A stretch of DNA of 64,000 bases from the human T2T-CHM13v2.0 reference genome, Homo sapiens. Under the pieces are notes generated by a model. The model had not been told where the DNA came from. It made no database searches and saw only the letters and a list, made by a program, of their open reading frames with translations. Every line of letters begins with the position of its first letter. Position 1 is the first letter of the stretch. Made by a program: the position numbers and the translations under genes. The stretch lies in NCBI RefSeq assembly GCF_009914755.1, contig NC_060942.1, one strand, 5' to 3'. Positions 1-13,669 of this stretch are shown here, piece after piece.

Positions 1-611
1 GATGGTTTTCTGCTTTGTGACAGCTGCCTAGTGTTTCAGAATATGTTTCTGTTCTAGCTGAACAGAGAGGAAGGAAGAGGCTGAAAGCCCCATGAATCTA
101 GAAGGTTCTGCCAACAGGAGGACAAGAACAAGGAAGGGAAGAGAGCAGGGCAGGGGCCCCAGGAGCCATCCCAGGCAGCCCTCTGATGCTCGGACACTTA
201 TGGACAGCAGGAAAAATTAATTCCGTAAAAATAATGCCTTGAGGTGCTTCTAAACACCAGTTCCAAGTGACTTCGAAACTAAACTACAAGTGAGGAAGAA
301 GTAACCCTGGATCTCCTGAGGGAACCAGAAGGAATTTGACAGTTTTCCTCCAACACTGATAAAGAGTTCTGACTACTCAGATTTCCCCTTGGTCATCTCA
401 CCCAGCCTCACCCCAAAATTTGGGAAGACCCCCAGACTCTTTTCAGAGACCAATTCATGTCCAAGATGAAATTCCCAAGCTTTTATTCAAAGGTTTTTTC
501 AATCATTTTAAGTATTTGGAGACGTGTGTATGAAGCAGATTCAGACACAGAAATGACTCCAAGCTGACGTGTTCCTGAAACCCACATTCCCCCTTTAAAG
601 GGGTAAAAGAA

Positions 612-755
612 GACTCAGCTCCTCATCCACATCGCGACTCAGCTCCTCGTCCACATCGGGACTCAGCTCCTCGTCCACATCGCGACTCAGCTCCTCGTCC
701 ACATCGCGACTCAGCTCCTCGTCCACATCGTGACTCAGCTCCTCATCCACATCAT
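612..755. repeat. Minisatellite, 6 x 24 bp (GACTCAGCTCCTCGTCCACATCGC)
   Basis: Exact 24-bp period from 612; it explains the (DVDEELSR)n ORF at 595-885. Confidence 0.95.
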
Positions 756-899
756 GACCACGAGCAGCTGCAATGGACACAACTTCAGAACCAGACAGCA
801 GCAGGCGGTGACCCCTCGCCCACTGGGTCTCAGCCCAGGTTCTTTCTGGGTGTCCTCTCACTCTGTCCTCACAGCTGCCCCACACAGCAGGTACAGCTG

Positions 900-1020
900 T
901 TCTGACTTTACACAGGGAGAAACTGAGGCATGTACCAGCCAGTGGCTTTCACAGGGGTCATGTGTCTAGTGGCAGAGCCAGCGTTTGAACCCAGCGTTTG
1001 AACCCAGAGGCTGCTGTCAA
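900..1020 (-). mobile_element. MIR SINE fragment
   Basis: ACAGGGAGAAACTGAGGCA...AGTGGCAGAGCCAGCGTTTGAACCCAG matches the antisense MIR core; contains a small internal duplication of CCAGCGTTTGAAC. Confidence 0.7.
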
Positions 1021-1413
1021 AATACATTCAATAAACTGCTCTGCTCATAAGGGAATAGCTGCCCTACTTCTGTCTCCAAAATCTCCCATTTACAAGCCAA
1101 GGGAGGGAGGGAGTAGTCCCAGACCATCAGCGTCTACAGGAACAGGGGACGCTCCCTGGGAGAAGGAGCTTACCAATCTGCCCTGTCCTTCCAGAACCCA
1201 CACTGCTGATCGTTTATCTCAGGAAGGAAGCCACAGGGCGTGGCCCTTCTGCCCACCAGGCTGACAGTATCTCCCGTAGTTCACAGCTTCGACGTTGGCC
1301 TCTTTCTTTCATACGTTCCTGTCTCTCTGATTGGATGCTGACTTTGTGTCTTGACCTCACATTTTATGCCCCTGATCTCAGACTACATCCATCCTCACAC
1401 TGCATCCCTGAAA

Positions 1414-1615
1414 GACCCCTGGTCTGTGGGTGCTCCGGGCTCCCCGCTGCGGGACCCCCGGTCTGTGGGTGCTCCGGGCTCCCCGCTGTGGGACCCCCGG
1501 TCTGTGGGTGCTCTGGGCTCCCCGCTGCGGGACCCCCGGTCTGTGGGTGCTCCGGGCTCCCCGCTGCGGGACCCCCGGTCTGTGGGTGCTCCGGGCTTCC
1601 TGCTGCGGGACCCCT
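1414..1615. repeat. Minisatellite, ~5 x 39 bp (GACCCCCGGTCTGTGGGTGCTCCGGGCTCCCCGCTGCGG)
   Basis: Direct 39-bp period; 13-aa repeats appear in the overlapping ORFs. Confidence 0.95.
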
Positions 1616-2597
1616 GATGCTGCTGTGGTTGATCTTCTGAAGAGTTTCACACATTCACCCAGGCGCATTCACTGGGCGCCTACTGTGTGCAGGAGCTGAG
1701 CCTCCTCCAGGTGACAGGCGTTCATTTCTCGCCCCCCCCACCCCGGTTTTGCCTGACCATTCTCCATCTGTTGTGCTGGAATGTTGTCCTATTGGTGAAG
1801 TGGAAACAGAAACCAGGGATCGCTTCTCTGAGCCTACGTGCAGGTTATTAACTCAATTTTTTAAATGAGTTCTGCCAACTAATGATACATTGTATTTGAC
1901 TGACATAGTCCTAACAGACATAGGTTTAAATTTCATATGCAGGAATAAAATTGAAGTTCTATAACAATAACAATTTTTAGAGTTATTGTAACAATTAACT
2001 ACATAGTTACCCCTATTATCACTCAATAAATCGTAGTTGTTTTTCTTTAGGGAGAAAGCTTTAGGGGAAAAGCATATGATGAATTCAGTCGTATAAATGC
2101 CCCTTAAATAGACATCAAGACCGTAGAATAAACCAAATCCTGAAGATGTATCACAAGAGAAAAATAAAAATTGCTAAGCTCAATAGAAGTTTATACAAAC
2201 ACTGACATATACAGAAATATGTGTGTGTGTGTACTCCATAACTAATTCTGCAACCCTAAAATATAAGCACAGGATTAATACATAAACTGTAACTTACCAT
2301 GATTTAAGTTTATTGAAAGAGACAGAATTTTCTATGGTCCAAAGGCAGTCAAAGGAAAAACAAAAATACCTGGCAGGAGGTGGGCGTGTCCACATCAGTG
2401 TGATCTGTGCGGTGCATTTCCATGTATGTCTGAAGATAGCAGAAGTTGTAGTATAATCGTTTATTCAACAAAGTATCTGTCAAAAAGGTCAGCTTTTAAT
2501 TGAAACCCAAACTTGATCAAAAAGAAGAATGCCTTTCGTGCTCTTCATGAAATGAGGGTGCTCTGTGCATTCAGCTTGAGGAGGAGGTGCCAGCATT

Positions 2598-2812
2598 GGA
2601 GTCCCTGGGATCTGGGGCCTCAGAGTCCCTGGGATCTGGGGCCTCGGAGTCCCTGGGATCTGGGGCCTCGGAGTCCCTGGGATCTGGGCCCTCGGAGTCC
2701 CTGGGAGCTGGGGGCCTTGGAGTCCCTGGGAGCTGGGGCCTTGGAGTCCCTGGGAGCTGGGGCCTTGGAGTCCCTGGGAGCTGGGGGCCTTGGAGTCCCT
2801 GGGAGCTGGGGC
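2598..2812. repeat. Minisatellite, ~9 x 24 bp (GGAGTCCCTGGGA[T/G]CTGGGGCCT[C/T])
   Basis: Direct tandem repeat; the first four units have GGGATCT and the later units GGGAGCT. Confidence 0.95.
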
Positions 2813-3595
2813 CATCCATTTCCAGAGCCACACTGTCTGTGAGTTCTAGATTTTACAATTAAAGGAAGGAATTCCTCCACTAATGGTGGTCTGGCCAGTC
2901 TGACAGTTTGTGTCCTTCAGGTCAAAAGTCAAGTGGAATAGGACTGAGATGATTTACAGCCAAAATGTGAAGGTGTATGGACTTTTCTGAGGGGTCTGGT
3001 GGGACCCCTATTGTCTGAAACAGTCCACTCTGGAGTGAGCGGAGAGGGCGTCTACCTACAGCAGGACAGGCTGGGCCACCACATATGTCCCCTCCCCTTT
3101 GCAGACCCCAAAACTTGCCTCCATTTCCAAACCATCTCCCAAGAAGCTGCCCACCAAGGGCCAAAATGACCCCCATTCAGAGACGAGGGGCGGCTTGAGG
3201 GGCTCAGGCCAGTGTTCTCACAGGAGGGCTGCTGGCTCCAGATCCACCTCCTGAAACTCAAGCAGAACGTTGTCTAGAAAATTTGGGGTTAGGTGAGATG
3301 AGCCCTCAGGTCTCTTCCACCTGTGAAGATTAAGCCAGGGCCTCTTGCCACAAGCAGCCTGACTCCCTGTGGAGAGGAGAGAACAGTCAGGACCCCAGAG
3401 GCTGATAACCTTGTGCAGAAACACCAGGACCCCAAGGATGGAGACTGGCCAGGGAGATGCAGGCCAGGAGCTGGTGCAAGGGGCCCTAGGGGTCCTGGTC
3501 ACCCAGTCCTTTAAGAAAGGTGCAGGAACACCCCCAATGTGCTGGTCAACATCAGCTTGCCCCAGACAGAATTCGTCCCCATCAACTTCCACAAA

Positions 3596-3810
3596 GATGA
3601 GCCCCTGGGGGGTGGGGGGCAGGTCCAGTACAGGAAGGGAGCCCCTGGAGGGTGGGGGAGCCGGTCCAGTACAGGGGGGATGAGCCCCTGGGGGATGGGG
3701 GGGCAGGTCCAGTACAGGGAGGATGAGCCCCTGGAGGGTGGGGGGGCAGGTCCAGTACAGGGGGGATGAGCCCCTGGGGGGTGGGGGGGCAGGTCCAGTA
3801 CAGGGGGATG
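3596..3810. repeat. G-rich minisatellite, ~5 x 41-43 bp (GATGAGCCCCTGGGGGGTGGGGGGCAGGTCCAGTACAGGGG)
   Basis: Direct tandem repeat with variable G-run lengths. Confidence 0.9.
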
Positions 3811-3861
3811 CAGAATCTGATGACCGTGGGAGGCTGGCAGTCACTTCAGCAGTCCAGCTTG

Positions 3862-4466
3862 GATGGGGAGGAGGGGACCCTCTGCAGGACGTGGAGGAGG
3901 GGACCCTCTGCAGGACGGGGAGGAGGGGACCCTCTGCAGGACGGGGAGGAGGGGACCCTCTGCAGGACGGGGAGGAGGGGACCCTCTGCAGGACGGGGAG
4001 GAGGGGGACCCTCTGTAGGACGCGGAGGAGGGGACCCTCTGCAGGACGGGGAAGAGGGGGACCCTCTGTAGGACGTGGAGGAGGGGACCCTCTGCAGGAC
4101 GGGGAGGAGGGGACCCTCTGCAGGACGGGGAGGAGGGGACCCTCTGCAGGACGGGGAGGAGGGGACCCTCTGCAGGACGGGGAGGAGGGGACCCTCTGCA
4201 GGATGGGGAGGAGGGGACCCTCTGCAGGACGGGGAAGAGGGGGACCCTCTGTAGGATGCGGAGGAGGAGACCCTCTGCAGGACGGGGAAGAGGGGGACCC
4301 TCTGTAGGACGTGGAGGAGGGGACCCTCTGCAGGACGGGGAAGAGGGGGACCCTCTGTAGGACGTGGAGGAGGGGACCCTCTGCAGGACGTGGAGGAGGG
4401 GACCCTCTGCAGGACGGGGAGGAGGGGACCCTCTGCAGGAGGGGGAGGAGGGGACCCTCTGCAGGA
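3862..4466. repeat. G-rich minisatellite, ~23 x 26-27 bp (GGGGAGGAGGGGACCCTCTGCAGGAC)
   Basis: Direct tandem repeat; it accounts for the 445-aa and other overlapping ORFs. Confidence 0.95.
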
Positions 4467-7400
4467 AGTGCAGGTGTTTGTACAGCAAGGGGGGCTCGCC
4501 CAGCTGCCCGCTCTGGACACCCTAACAAACAAAGCACCCGCGTCATAAATTTCACAAGAATTCAGTGGGATGTTTTAAAAGAGCCTCACAAAATGCCGAG
4601 CTCGAGGAAGATGCCCAATAAATGGAGAAACAGGGGGAGAGAGGCTCCTGGGCTACAATTACCGTTGGCTGATTCAGTTCCAGAAACCCAGGAAAACCCA
4701 TTCAGGCCACGGCACAGCAGCCTCAGGATCGGGTTCCCTTCCAGCTCACTGAGGGTCAATTGCCTCCAATCCTAAGTCAGGGCACTGGGACCACTTACAT
4801 GTGGGTCCTTCACAGAGAAGCCTCAACATGCCCACAAAGGACAGATGTCCTGGCGCCCACAGCGATGGCCTCTGCAAGGGAAAAAACATGCAACGTCCCG
4901 GCACCCACAGCGATGAGCGAAGAGCTCTGCAAGGGAAAAAAGAATGCAAACTTTTTTTTTTTACCGACTTATTAGTCAGAGCAGTAGTTACAATGGTCCA
5001 AATCTGAGATGTGCAATTTTTTTTTAACTTTGGAAAATGCCAGTTTGTTCTCACCTGCACCAGATCTGCAAAAGCCCTGTGCAGTGCAGATTACGGCGGC
5101 CCCTGACACTGGTTATAATCTGTTCAGCTACACGTGCATGGCTTTCCCTACCCTTTTTTTTTCTGCAATATTTAACCCAATTCTGATTTGGAAACACAAT
5201 CACTTCTGCCCCGTCCCACCCACGGGCTTTGTGGGCAGACATTCTGTTTATGAGCAGAGACATTCTGACACCCTGTGCCCTGTGCTTCCTACTTTACTCC
5301 CCAGCTTTCTTAATCTTCTCTTTTTCATTGAAACATGATACAGTGCTTTTTAAAAGGCATCTAGAATCTAATTCCTTCCCTTTTGTGGCTTTTTCAGTAG
5401 GAATATAATGACCATCTATGACTGAAGAGCTGGGGATCATCAGATACCAGACAATCTTACGGGATTTTTTAATTTCTAAGAACGGGAGCTGTGTTTTGCT
5501 TTAGGTCTTCGTTCTGTTACAGACTCTACCCAGCACCCCCTGTACACAGGCACCTCCCCAAGGCCTGGAAGTGGGGACGGGTGTTAAGTTGGATCCCAGC
5601 AAGCTGCAGAAGTTCAGCAGCCTGCAAGTCCTTACGGAGGAGCCCTTATATTTGTCCTTGGATGAGGAAATTCACAGTGGAAGACTGTCCCTGCGTCCAT
5701 GAAGTCTATATAAATTTCGCTTACTGCAAGGACCTGCTGCGCTCAGCAGGAACCCTGAGAAACTGCGATGAAATTGTAGAATTTAGAGCCAGCGGGCCAG
5801 CAAAGCTCGGTGTGAGCACTGCATCGGCAAAGCAACACGAACAACAAAACAGGGCTATGAGCAACCCTTTTACTTGCGGGGAAAGACGCTGTCTGGGTGC
5901 CCCACTGCGACAGAAGCAGACCTAACTCTCTGGTTCTTCCACAACCCGTTCAGGAAGCTGCACCCCCAGAAGGCTTGGAGGAGACCTGCCTGTCTACACT
6001 GCATTCACTCAGAACCTCCCATCAGCCAAGCCCATTTTTAACTGGGCTGTGATTGTGGGGTGTGAGGCTCTTGGCAACATCTGTGGCTATATGTGCTTGT
6101 GAGCAGGTAAACCCCACTTTTATCAGGGTGCATGAACTTAGAGGTGCTTTTCGCGTCTCCACCCAAATCTCTCGGAGGAAACACGTGTCTGAAGTCACCA
6201 GTGCCGAGGCAGGAAACTCCCCAGCACTCTCCCTCCTTGGCAGCCCCCCTCGGAGGCTGAATGACAGGCTGTGCTGGAAACCCCGTCTTAGGTTTAGGAA
6301 AGTGGCTTTTAGTTCTTGGTGCCCATCAAGACATACTCAGCATGACACGCAGAGGTCTGTGGGTTCGTTTGCAATCACAGGGTCCTGATAACCAGGATGT
6401 TCTGCCCGAGCTCAGCGTTGGGTCTGTTGCCTTTTCATGCATGTGGGAAAATTGTCCTGTCCCTGAAAACAGCAAGTTGGACCTGTCGCTTCAGAAAGTC
6501 GGATGAAGAGCAGGGTGTGTGCACACAGACACAAAATGCACACCTCCAGGGGGCAAAATGAATTCTACTCTACTTCCAGAAGGCCACTTCTCACTAATAA
6601 AACTATTGTCATTAAGCATAAAAATGCAAGAAATGTGAACCTCAAGTCCGACTGGGGCTACAGGATAGTCACTCGTTTTCTGATTCTAGCCGTTCTCACC
6701 CATGATCCTGTGGCCGGGTCACGATGTTTTGAGTCTGTCATTGGCAGCAGCGAGTCTCCCTCACGGGAAGCACGATCTACTGGGCTGCCTCTCTTTCCTG
6801 GGCACTTGGCCACAGATGAGCCCGCACACCTCACTGCCAGCTGCGAAAAAGTCACGAAAAGGCAGTTAGCGTAGGGGGAAGGCAACAAGGTTCCCCACTC
6901 TGCAAGTTTGCACACCTGGGAGTGAGCCGCAGAGAACACACACAGATTACGCCTTTCGCAGCACACATTTCATTTGGACACTGTAGGATTTTGCTTCCTG
7001 CCTTTAAACAGTGTTGGTTCCCACTTGGCTCCGAGGTCCTTCTTCGTGTCAAGCGTTATGTGCACAAAGGGTTCCCAGTTTTCTGATGTGGAAACGGCCC
7101 TCTGCAGAAATCCTAGTGGCTTCCCAGGGCTGGTGTCTCTGTCCTGCTGTCCTGTGGGAGACACGCTGGTGAGCTCATCAGAGGGGGTGCAGAGGCCACC
7201 CAGGCGGGGCCTCCTTCCAACCCCCACCCACCCCCCTCGTCTCCTGCACCCTGTCCTCGGCAGCTGATGACAATTAAATCTATGGGGGGAAGGAATCCAC
7301 CTCGCACCACCCCACTGTAATTATAACTCTGCTGCCGGCTCCCAGCTCGGACAGGCTCCATCTTGTCTGCGCCCTGATGCCTGGCGTTTATTTACAAGCT

Positions 7401-8719
7401 CAAGAACGTCTCCAAGACAGCAATCACTCTGAAGCTGGGAGGCAGTGATGGATACACGGCGCGGTGGTCATAGGGGGCAAATATTGAAAGGCAGAGGCTG
7501 GAATAATGGACAGTTATGTAAATGTCTCAGGAAACCGTGCAGGCAGGCTCCACAGCTGGAACGACTGTCTGAGGTTGAGGCCGAGTCAGACTCAGGAGAC
7601 AACACAGAAGAACCTTTGGGGCCACCGCGCCATCCTGAGAGCCACGGAGCCATGCCACGGTGGCCGGCAAACTTGTATCACTTCCACAGGAGGCCACTAG
7701 CTCGCTCCACACCAGCAATTTCTCAGCAAGGCACTTACCACAGATGCGTGACCACCACGTCCGGGAAAAATGAAAGCAGAAACCAAACCCCAAAGCCTCC
7801 TTCCCGGGCTCTGAGTCACTTTCGCATCCCTGTCTGATTCTTTTCTCTCCTTTTTCTCAAAAGCTCTTTTTCATCAGCTCCTCTGCATGATCATGGCAGC
7901 ACTGACCTATGATATTTCACACTTACTCTACCTCCCAAAGTGATTCATACAACTCTGCCATGTGGTGAAATGTTGAAAGACACTATTGAATTATGAAGAA
8001 ATCACCCCCAAAAAAAGTCATCGGCACGTGGCAGGACCCATAGGTGACGATGAGAATAAAAGCAACAGGAACTGCTTCCCGTCCCTCCCCCTCAAAGATG
8101 GGAACCAGAGCTAAGCATGTGGCCAAGACCTGCCCTTCAGTGGGGTCGGAGAGGACCACGCTCCTGAAAGTCTGCAGTGGGTGTGAGGATTAGGCTAGAT
8201 ATTTGAAAGCTAAGTCACCAAACAACAACCAAATTTGCATTCACATGTAAGATCATATTTTAAATAATTTGTTATTTCAGCTTTGAAAAGCACACTTTTT
8301 ATATAATTTGATATATATCGATTACACTTCATATAATTTATTGCACACATTACTGTTATGCTTCCTGCCACAATGTGTGTGTATTTGGAATGAGAGACAG
8401 GGGACAAAGCCCTTTGGAGAAATGTATTTCTATTCATAGGAATCTGTGGGTTAGTTTGTCCATCTATGAAATGGGTCCAATTGTCCCAAGCTCAATAATT
8501 ACAGTGGCCTCTGCCATGAGAGGTATAAAGTTGCTGAGCTTTTCAGAGAAGGGTTGTCCATAAACCAGCAGCAATGTCATCATTTGTAAAGTGTCATTGC
8601 ATTTTTTATTTACTTTATTGCAGCCTCAACTTGGAAACGGAGGAGTCTATGTGGTTTAAACAGAAAAGAGTCTGGGAGCTCCCCAAGTGCGTACAAAGCC
8701 ATTTCTATTATCTGGAGCA

Positions 8720-9008
8720 TGGTCCCTCACCATATAACCATTAAAAACCATGCTACAGAGGGATACTCAGTGATGGGAGGTGCTTCTGCGCTTAAGAGGG
8801 TTACACAGGTACCTACGGTCCCGATGTTACAAAAGCGTGAGGAATGCAGACATATGCACATAAACAGGCTTCAAGGCAATGCACCAGGTTCTCAAGGGTT
8901 CATATCCCTGGATGGTCACTTCCTTCTTGGTAGTTTTCTACATTCCTACACTTTTTTTTTCCAACAGAGATGCGTTGCACTGGTAGTCAGCACGAAGCGA
9001 AATAAACG
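8720..9008 (+). mobile_element. Very old L1 3' end fragment (L1ME-like)
   Basis: Degenerate similarity to the L1ME 3' UTR (TCCTTCTTGGTAGTTTTCTACATT...AATAAA). Confidence 0.35.
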
Positions 9009-9530
9009 TTCTTGTTGGATTTGTGTTGTGAAAGGCGTCTCTCTCCTCACAGTCCAGTGACTTCTCTTTTTCTCTTGTCTCTGCTTTAGTAAAAACCCGA
9101 GGATTTCTGGATTGCTAGTGCTCGGTTGCTAAAAAATAGAGACAGAATTCTCCTCTCTGCCCTTCGGAGTGAGCAGAGCACAGCCCCAGCAGCAACAGTC
9201 ATCAAAGGTGCTTTAAGGGTGCGGGGAGGGGAGGGGAAAGGATGAGAAGTGGAAACTGAGAACAGAAGCAATTGGGGAAGTTTCAGGTGGTGATTAGAAG
9301 GGAACAGAGCAGAAAGGAAATGGGGTGTTATGTTGCTGGGGGAGCCTGGCACAGACAGGTTGCTCTGAGGCTCCACCCGGCACAGAGCAGGACAGGGCAC
9401 TCAGGTGGTCCTGATAAACCACCTGCCAGCTGGTCCCAGGCTTGGCTTCTAGCTCCAAGTACAAAAGGATTAGCAGTTGAACAGAAAGCAAACGGAGAAA
9501 CCGAAAGTAGTGCCTCCTTCAAACAGGCAG

Positions 9531-9697
9531 CATTCCCAAACAAATCTCCAGCCCTGTTTGCCAGAATAAGGGACGCCCGGACCCCCCATTCCCAAACAGA
9601 TCTCCAGCCCTGTTTGCCAGGATGAGGGACGCCCGGACCCCCCATTCCCAAACAAATCTCCAGCCCTGTTTGCCAGGATGAGGGACGCTCGGACCCC
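9531..9697. repeat. Tandem repeat, 3 x 56 bp
   Basis: CATTCCCAAACA.ATCTCCAGCCCTGTTTGCCAG... at 9531, 9587 and 9643. Confidence 0.95.
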
Positions 9698-11243
9698 AGG
9701 TAAGGGGCCCAGAGGTGCTGGGAGTGGGGGCAGGTCTGGTCCTACGACTGCAATCTGTGCAAATTCTGATCAGATTTAGAAATTGATTAATGATGAAATA
9801 TACCTAGACTGCTTCCTTTTAAAGCAGTCGAGATTTTCTGATGACGCAGTGACATTCTTAGGGGAAATGAGTGTTAATTGCTGTCTAGACATTTTATTAC
9901 TACAGTGGGGCACTGGTCATCGACCATCTCTTCTTTTACACATTAAACTCTAGGTCAGCCTAAATTGTTTGTTTCTGAGGAAGAAACTATACAGGCTCAG
10001 AGTGGACTGTGTCTGAGCACAGAGACATCCCCTGCAACCAGGGCAGGAGGTGGGGAGCAGGGAGGATGGTGGAGGCACAGGACCACGTCCATCTCAGAGC
10101 ACACACTTCCCTGATCCACAGTGCAGGGTGCAGCTCTGTGATTCTGAACAGATTCCGCCATTCCATCATGCACGTGACTTCTTTTCAGTTTATGAGCTTT
10201 TATCTCTTCATCCTTCTTGTAAGCATTTTTAAAAATCACCCTGCAACTCATTTCCAGGGACAGTTCTGCCTTCTTCTAGCCTGAGAGACAGCAGTTAAAA
10301 TCAATGAAAGAGGCATCTTCCCAGGACACAGTGAGCTCCTCTTAGGCCCCACAATACAGGACAGACCAGCCCTCAGCAAGCAGGGCCTCAGACGCCCAAA
10401 CACTGTGTGGTCAATAAATAACATGAAAGTAAAAGGAGCAATGAGGAAAAGAAGAAAACTGCAGAAGTTCAGAAAGAAGGCCCCTCCCTGCACTTTTCTT
10501 CCCTCAGAAGAGGTGGGAAGGGCAGAGAAAGAAAACAGGAAGGGCTGGGAGGTGGGATTTCCCACAGAAAGCACAGGTGAGACTCGCCAGAGCTTCTGGA
10601 CCCAGGACCTTCTCTTCTCCATTCCACCCCCTCTCAAAGGTGAGCAGCCAGCAAATGATGAGCACACAAATGATGCAAGGAGAGTGTGAGATGCCCATAA
10701 CCAACCGGAAGTTTCCTCCATGCTCACCCTGGTTCAGCCGTGGCTTGGCAGCCATTCTGAACCTCAGGACAGACATCAGCCTCAGACGGGTTCTGCAGAG
10801 ACAGCTGGAGAACTGCGTGCCCCTTCCAGCTTCTCTTCTGCACCTAAGCCCCTCGAAAAGAAACCCACAGCCCTGGTGTATGGAGTCCACAAGGCAGAGC
10901 AAAGGACAGAGACCGGGATTGTGCATCGGCTTTGGACCCTGTGGACAGCTGTGACTGCAAAGTCAAGATAATTTATGTTGGTTTTATATCCATGCTCTTA
11001 GGAACCCAGATTTTGTTGACAGATGCAAACCTCAGCATAAGCATCCATTAGCAAATGCACAGCTCGTGTTGGTTGTGAAGACAACACCAGAATCAAGAAG
11101 GACAAATGCAGAGCCATCCTTGAGCTCTGTTTACACAGTCATGTTGCAAAACCATCCCTCTATCGAGCATTCCTGAAGTCCTTTATGTCCCCAGAAGGGT
11201 GGAAGGAGGGAGAGGGCTCCAGGCCCTCCTGGTGACACCGTAG

Positions 11244-11447
11244 CTCCAATGCCTTTCTTCCCGGCTCTGCTCCTGATGCCACGACTCCAATGCATTTCTC
11301 CCCAGCTCTGCTCCTGATGGCATGACTCCAATGCATGTCTCCCCAGCTCTGCTCCTTATGCTGTGGCTCTAATGCATGTCTCCCCAGCTCTGCACCTGAT
11401 GCCCCATTCCAGTGCATTTTTCTCCAGCTCTGCACCTGACACCTGGC
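11244..11447. repeat. Degenerate minisatellite, 5 x 41 bp
   Basis: CTCCAATGCATTTCTCCCCAGCTCTGCTCCTGATG-like units at 41-bp period. Confidence 0.85.
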
Positions 11448-11974
11448 TCCCACCTCATGGGAGTCAGCAGGGGGAGGCCCACTCTGTAACCTCAACTGAA
11501 TCCACCCTCATTTTGCTCTTTCCAAAAACCAATTGCAGATTCTTTGTCCCAAGCACAAGAGTTCTGAGTCCCATTTTCAGTCTGCTGATTGAAGGATGTC
11601 ACCCTCCACAATCTATATCTACATGTGGGCACCTGAGCCAGGTGGGGTGAGCTGTCCCCCTGGGAATGTTTGGAGAGGCCTCTCTCCTTCACCCAGAAGC
11701 CCATCAAAATGGCTGTGAACGTGTTTGGACAGGAAGGTGCCACAGAGCACAATATTCCTCAAATTATCAACAGAACGAGGAGCTCTTCCCGGGGTGAAGA
11801 AGGCCGGGAGGAATTCCCTCTTCCGGCCCCACGCAACAACCCCGCAGAGGTGCCCAGGCAGAGGCGCCACCTCCTCGCTTCCAAAGCACAGGCCTCAGAG
11901 CTCCATGCACACATGCAGCCTTGTGGCCCAGATAGCAGAGAACAGCACCCTTGACTTGCGTTGACTGTGTTCTT

Positions 11975-12535
11975 GTTTTAACAGCTTTATTGAAATAGAA
12001 TTTACATACCATAGGTTCAGCCTAATGTGCACCATTCAGTGTTTTTAGTGTATTCTCAGTTATGCAGCCATCACCATATCCTGATTTTAGAATATTTTCA
12101 TCACCCCAAAAACAGCTCATACCTATTAGCCTTCATATCCACCCCCATTCCACCTCCCCAGGGAACAGCCGATCCACATCCATCTCTACCCATTTGTTAC
12201 TCTGGACACCATATGTAAATGAATCATATGGGTCTTCTGTGTCTGACTTATTTCCTCCGACAAAATGTTTTCGAGATTTATCCACCTCGTAGCCCGTCAG
12301 TGCTTTGCTGGTTTCTACAGCCAAACAATGCTCTGTTATGTGACTGCACCACACTTTGCTTCTCCAATCACTCACCATGGACATTCGGGAGTTCCCACCT
12401 TTGACTGCTACGAATACTGCTGCTGGGAACTTTCCTGTGCAAGTTTCCTGTGTACAAGTGTTTTCATTTCTATGGGTGGAAACCTAGGTGTGGAATCGCT
12501 GGGTCGCATGATAATTCCATGTTTAACATCTTGAA
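11975..12535 (-). mobile_element. Old L1 3' end (L1MB/L1MC-like), antisense
   Basis: TTTTAACAGCTTTATTGAAATAGAATTTACATACCATA...TTTTAGAATATTTTCATCACCCC...CCTAGGTGTGGAATCGCTGGGTCGCATG match the antisense L1M 3' UTR. Confidence 0.85.
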
Positions 12536-13531
12536 AACTTATGTTGACTTTTATACCTGTGGAACTTCAGAACTTCCGAGAACACTTTTCCTGTTGAGCG
12601 TGCTCTCTTTCTATCTGGGAGAGTAAAGCTACCACCTGCAACTTTTATCTAGTTTGCACATTTAAAAGCTACAGCAAGACACTCAAATACCCTGCACAAA
12701 GTTTCTAAATGTAAGGGAGCACAAGTCTCAATTAACCCAAGTTAACACGAGTGTGGTTACAATGGACCAGGACAATGGGCGTTGTTTTATTTCTTAACCC
12801 ACAGAGAGTCCCAAGAATGGGCCCCCATTTGAAATGACCTAAGAGGCCCTTATCCCAGAGGCTAACTTAAGCATCTCAATGATGTGAAGGGCTTTTTATC
12901 TCAATGCTTTGTTCCTTCCTTTTATGCATAATCTGTTCCTAACAAGGTATCTGCTTTTGCTGATTCTTTTCTTCTGAGAAAAGCAATGGAAAGAATTGAT
13001 GTTTTATAATTCGTGTTTGCAAGCCAAGGAAAAAATTATTTTTCAACAAGCAAAAGAAGAAAAGAACAAGGTAGCTCCAGCCTCACGTGACAATTTGTAA
13101 AAATAGTAGCTTAAGTCTAAGAATGCAGTGATTTCAAAAATATGTCTTTTCACTCACTGCTTTGCAAAAAAGCTCTCCCAATTTTTAGAGAGCAGGACGA
13201 GTTTTCAGAGGTCTCCACTCACTGAGTTCTTACAAAAGCCCACCACTGCACACAGGAATGCTGAGCAGTGGCCCCCAGGCAGGTGAGATGCCACTCAGCT
13301 ACTGAATGCCCAGTTTGCTTAACCAAGTCAGGCACTGACTGCATAAAATTATTGTGCAAATAAGGGTCACTGGCATCGTGAAGTTTTATATCAGAGCCGA
13401 CGAGGAAAGAGCCATCCACACCCTGACACCACACAGATAAATGCACTGAGGAACTGGAGGCCGCTCAAGACACCTTGTGTGGTTTTCTGAGAGCCAATTT
13501 GAGCCCCTGCGGGGGGCACGGCACTCTCAAA

Positions 13532-13669
13532 GGCAGGCGCCAAAGGAGGTGCACTGAGCTCTGGGACAGGCTGCGTCGGCAGGCGCCAAAGGAGGTGCAC
13601 TGAGCTCTGGGACAGGCTGCGTCGGCAGGCGCCAAAGGAGGTGCACTGAGCTCTGGGACAGGCTGAGTC
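13532..13669. repeat. Tandem repeat, 3 x 46 bp
   Basis: GGCAGGCGCCAAAGGAGGTGCACTGAGCTCTGGGACAGGCTGCGTC at 13532, 13578 and 13624. Confidence 0.95.

Noticed and set aside
595-885. (DVDEELSR)n acidic repeat peptide
   Set aside because: Product of a 24-bp VNTR; no splice or start context supporting a gene
3218-4555. 445-aa ORF and overlapping ORFs
   Set aside because: Translation of G-rich VNTRs that lack stop codons; open in several frames on both strands; no domain recognised
7445-7837. 130-aa non-repetitive ORF
   Set aside because: No recognisable homology or clear exon boundaries; length is expected by chance in GC-rich DNA
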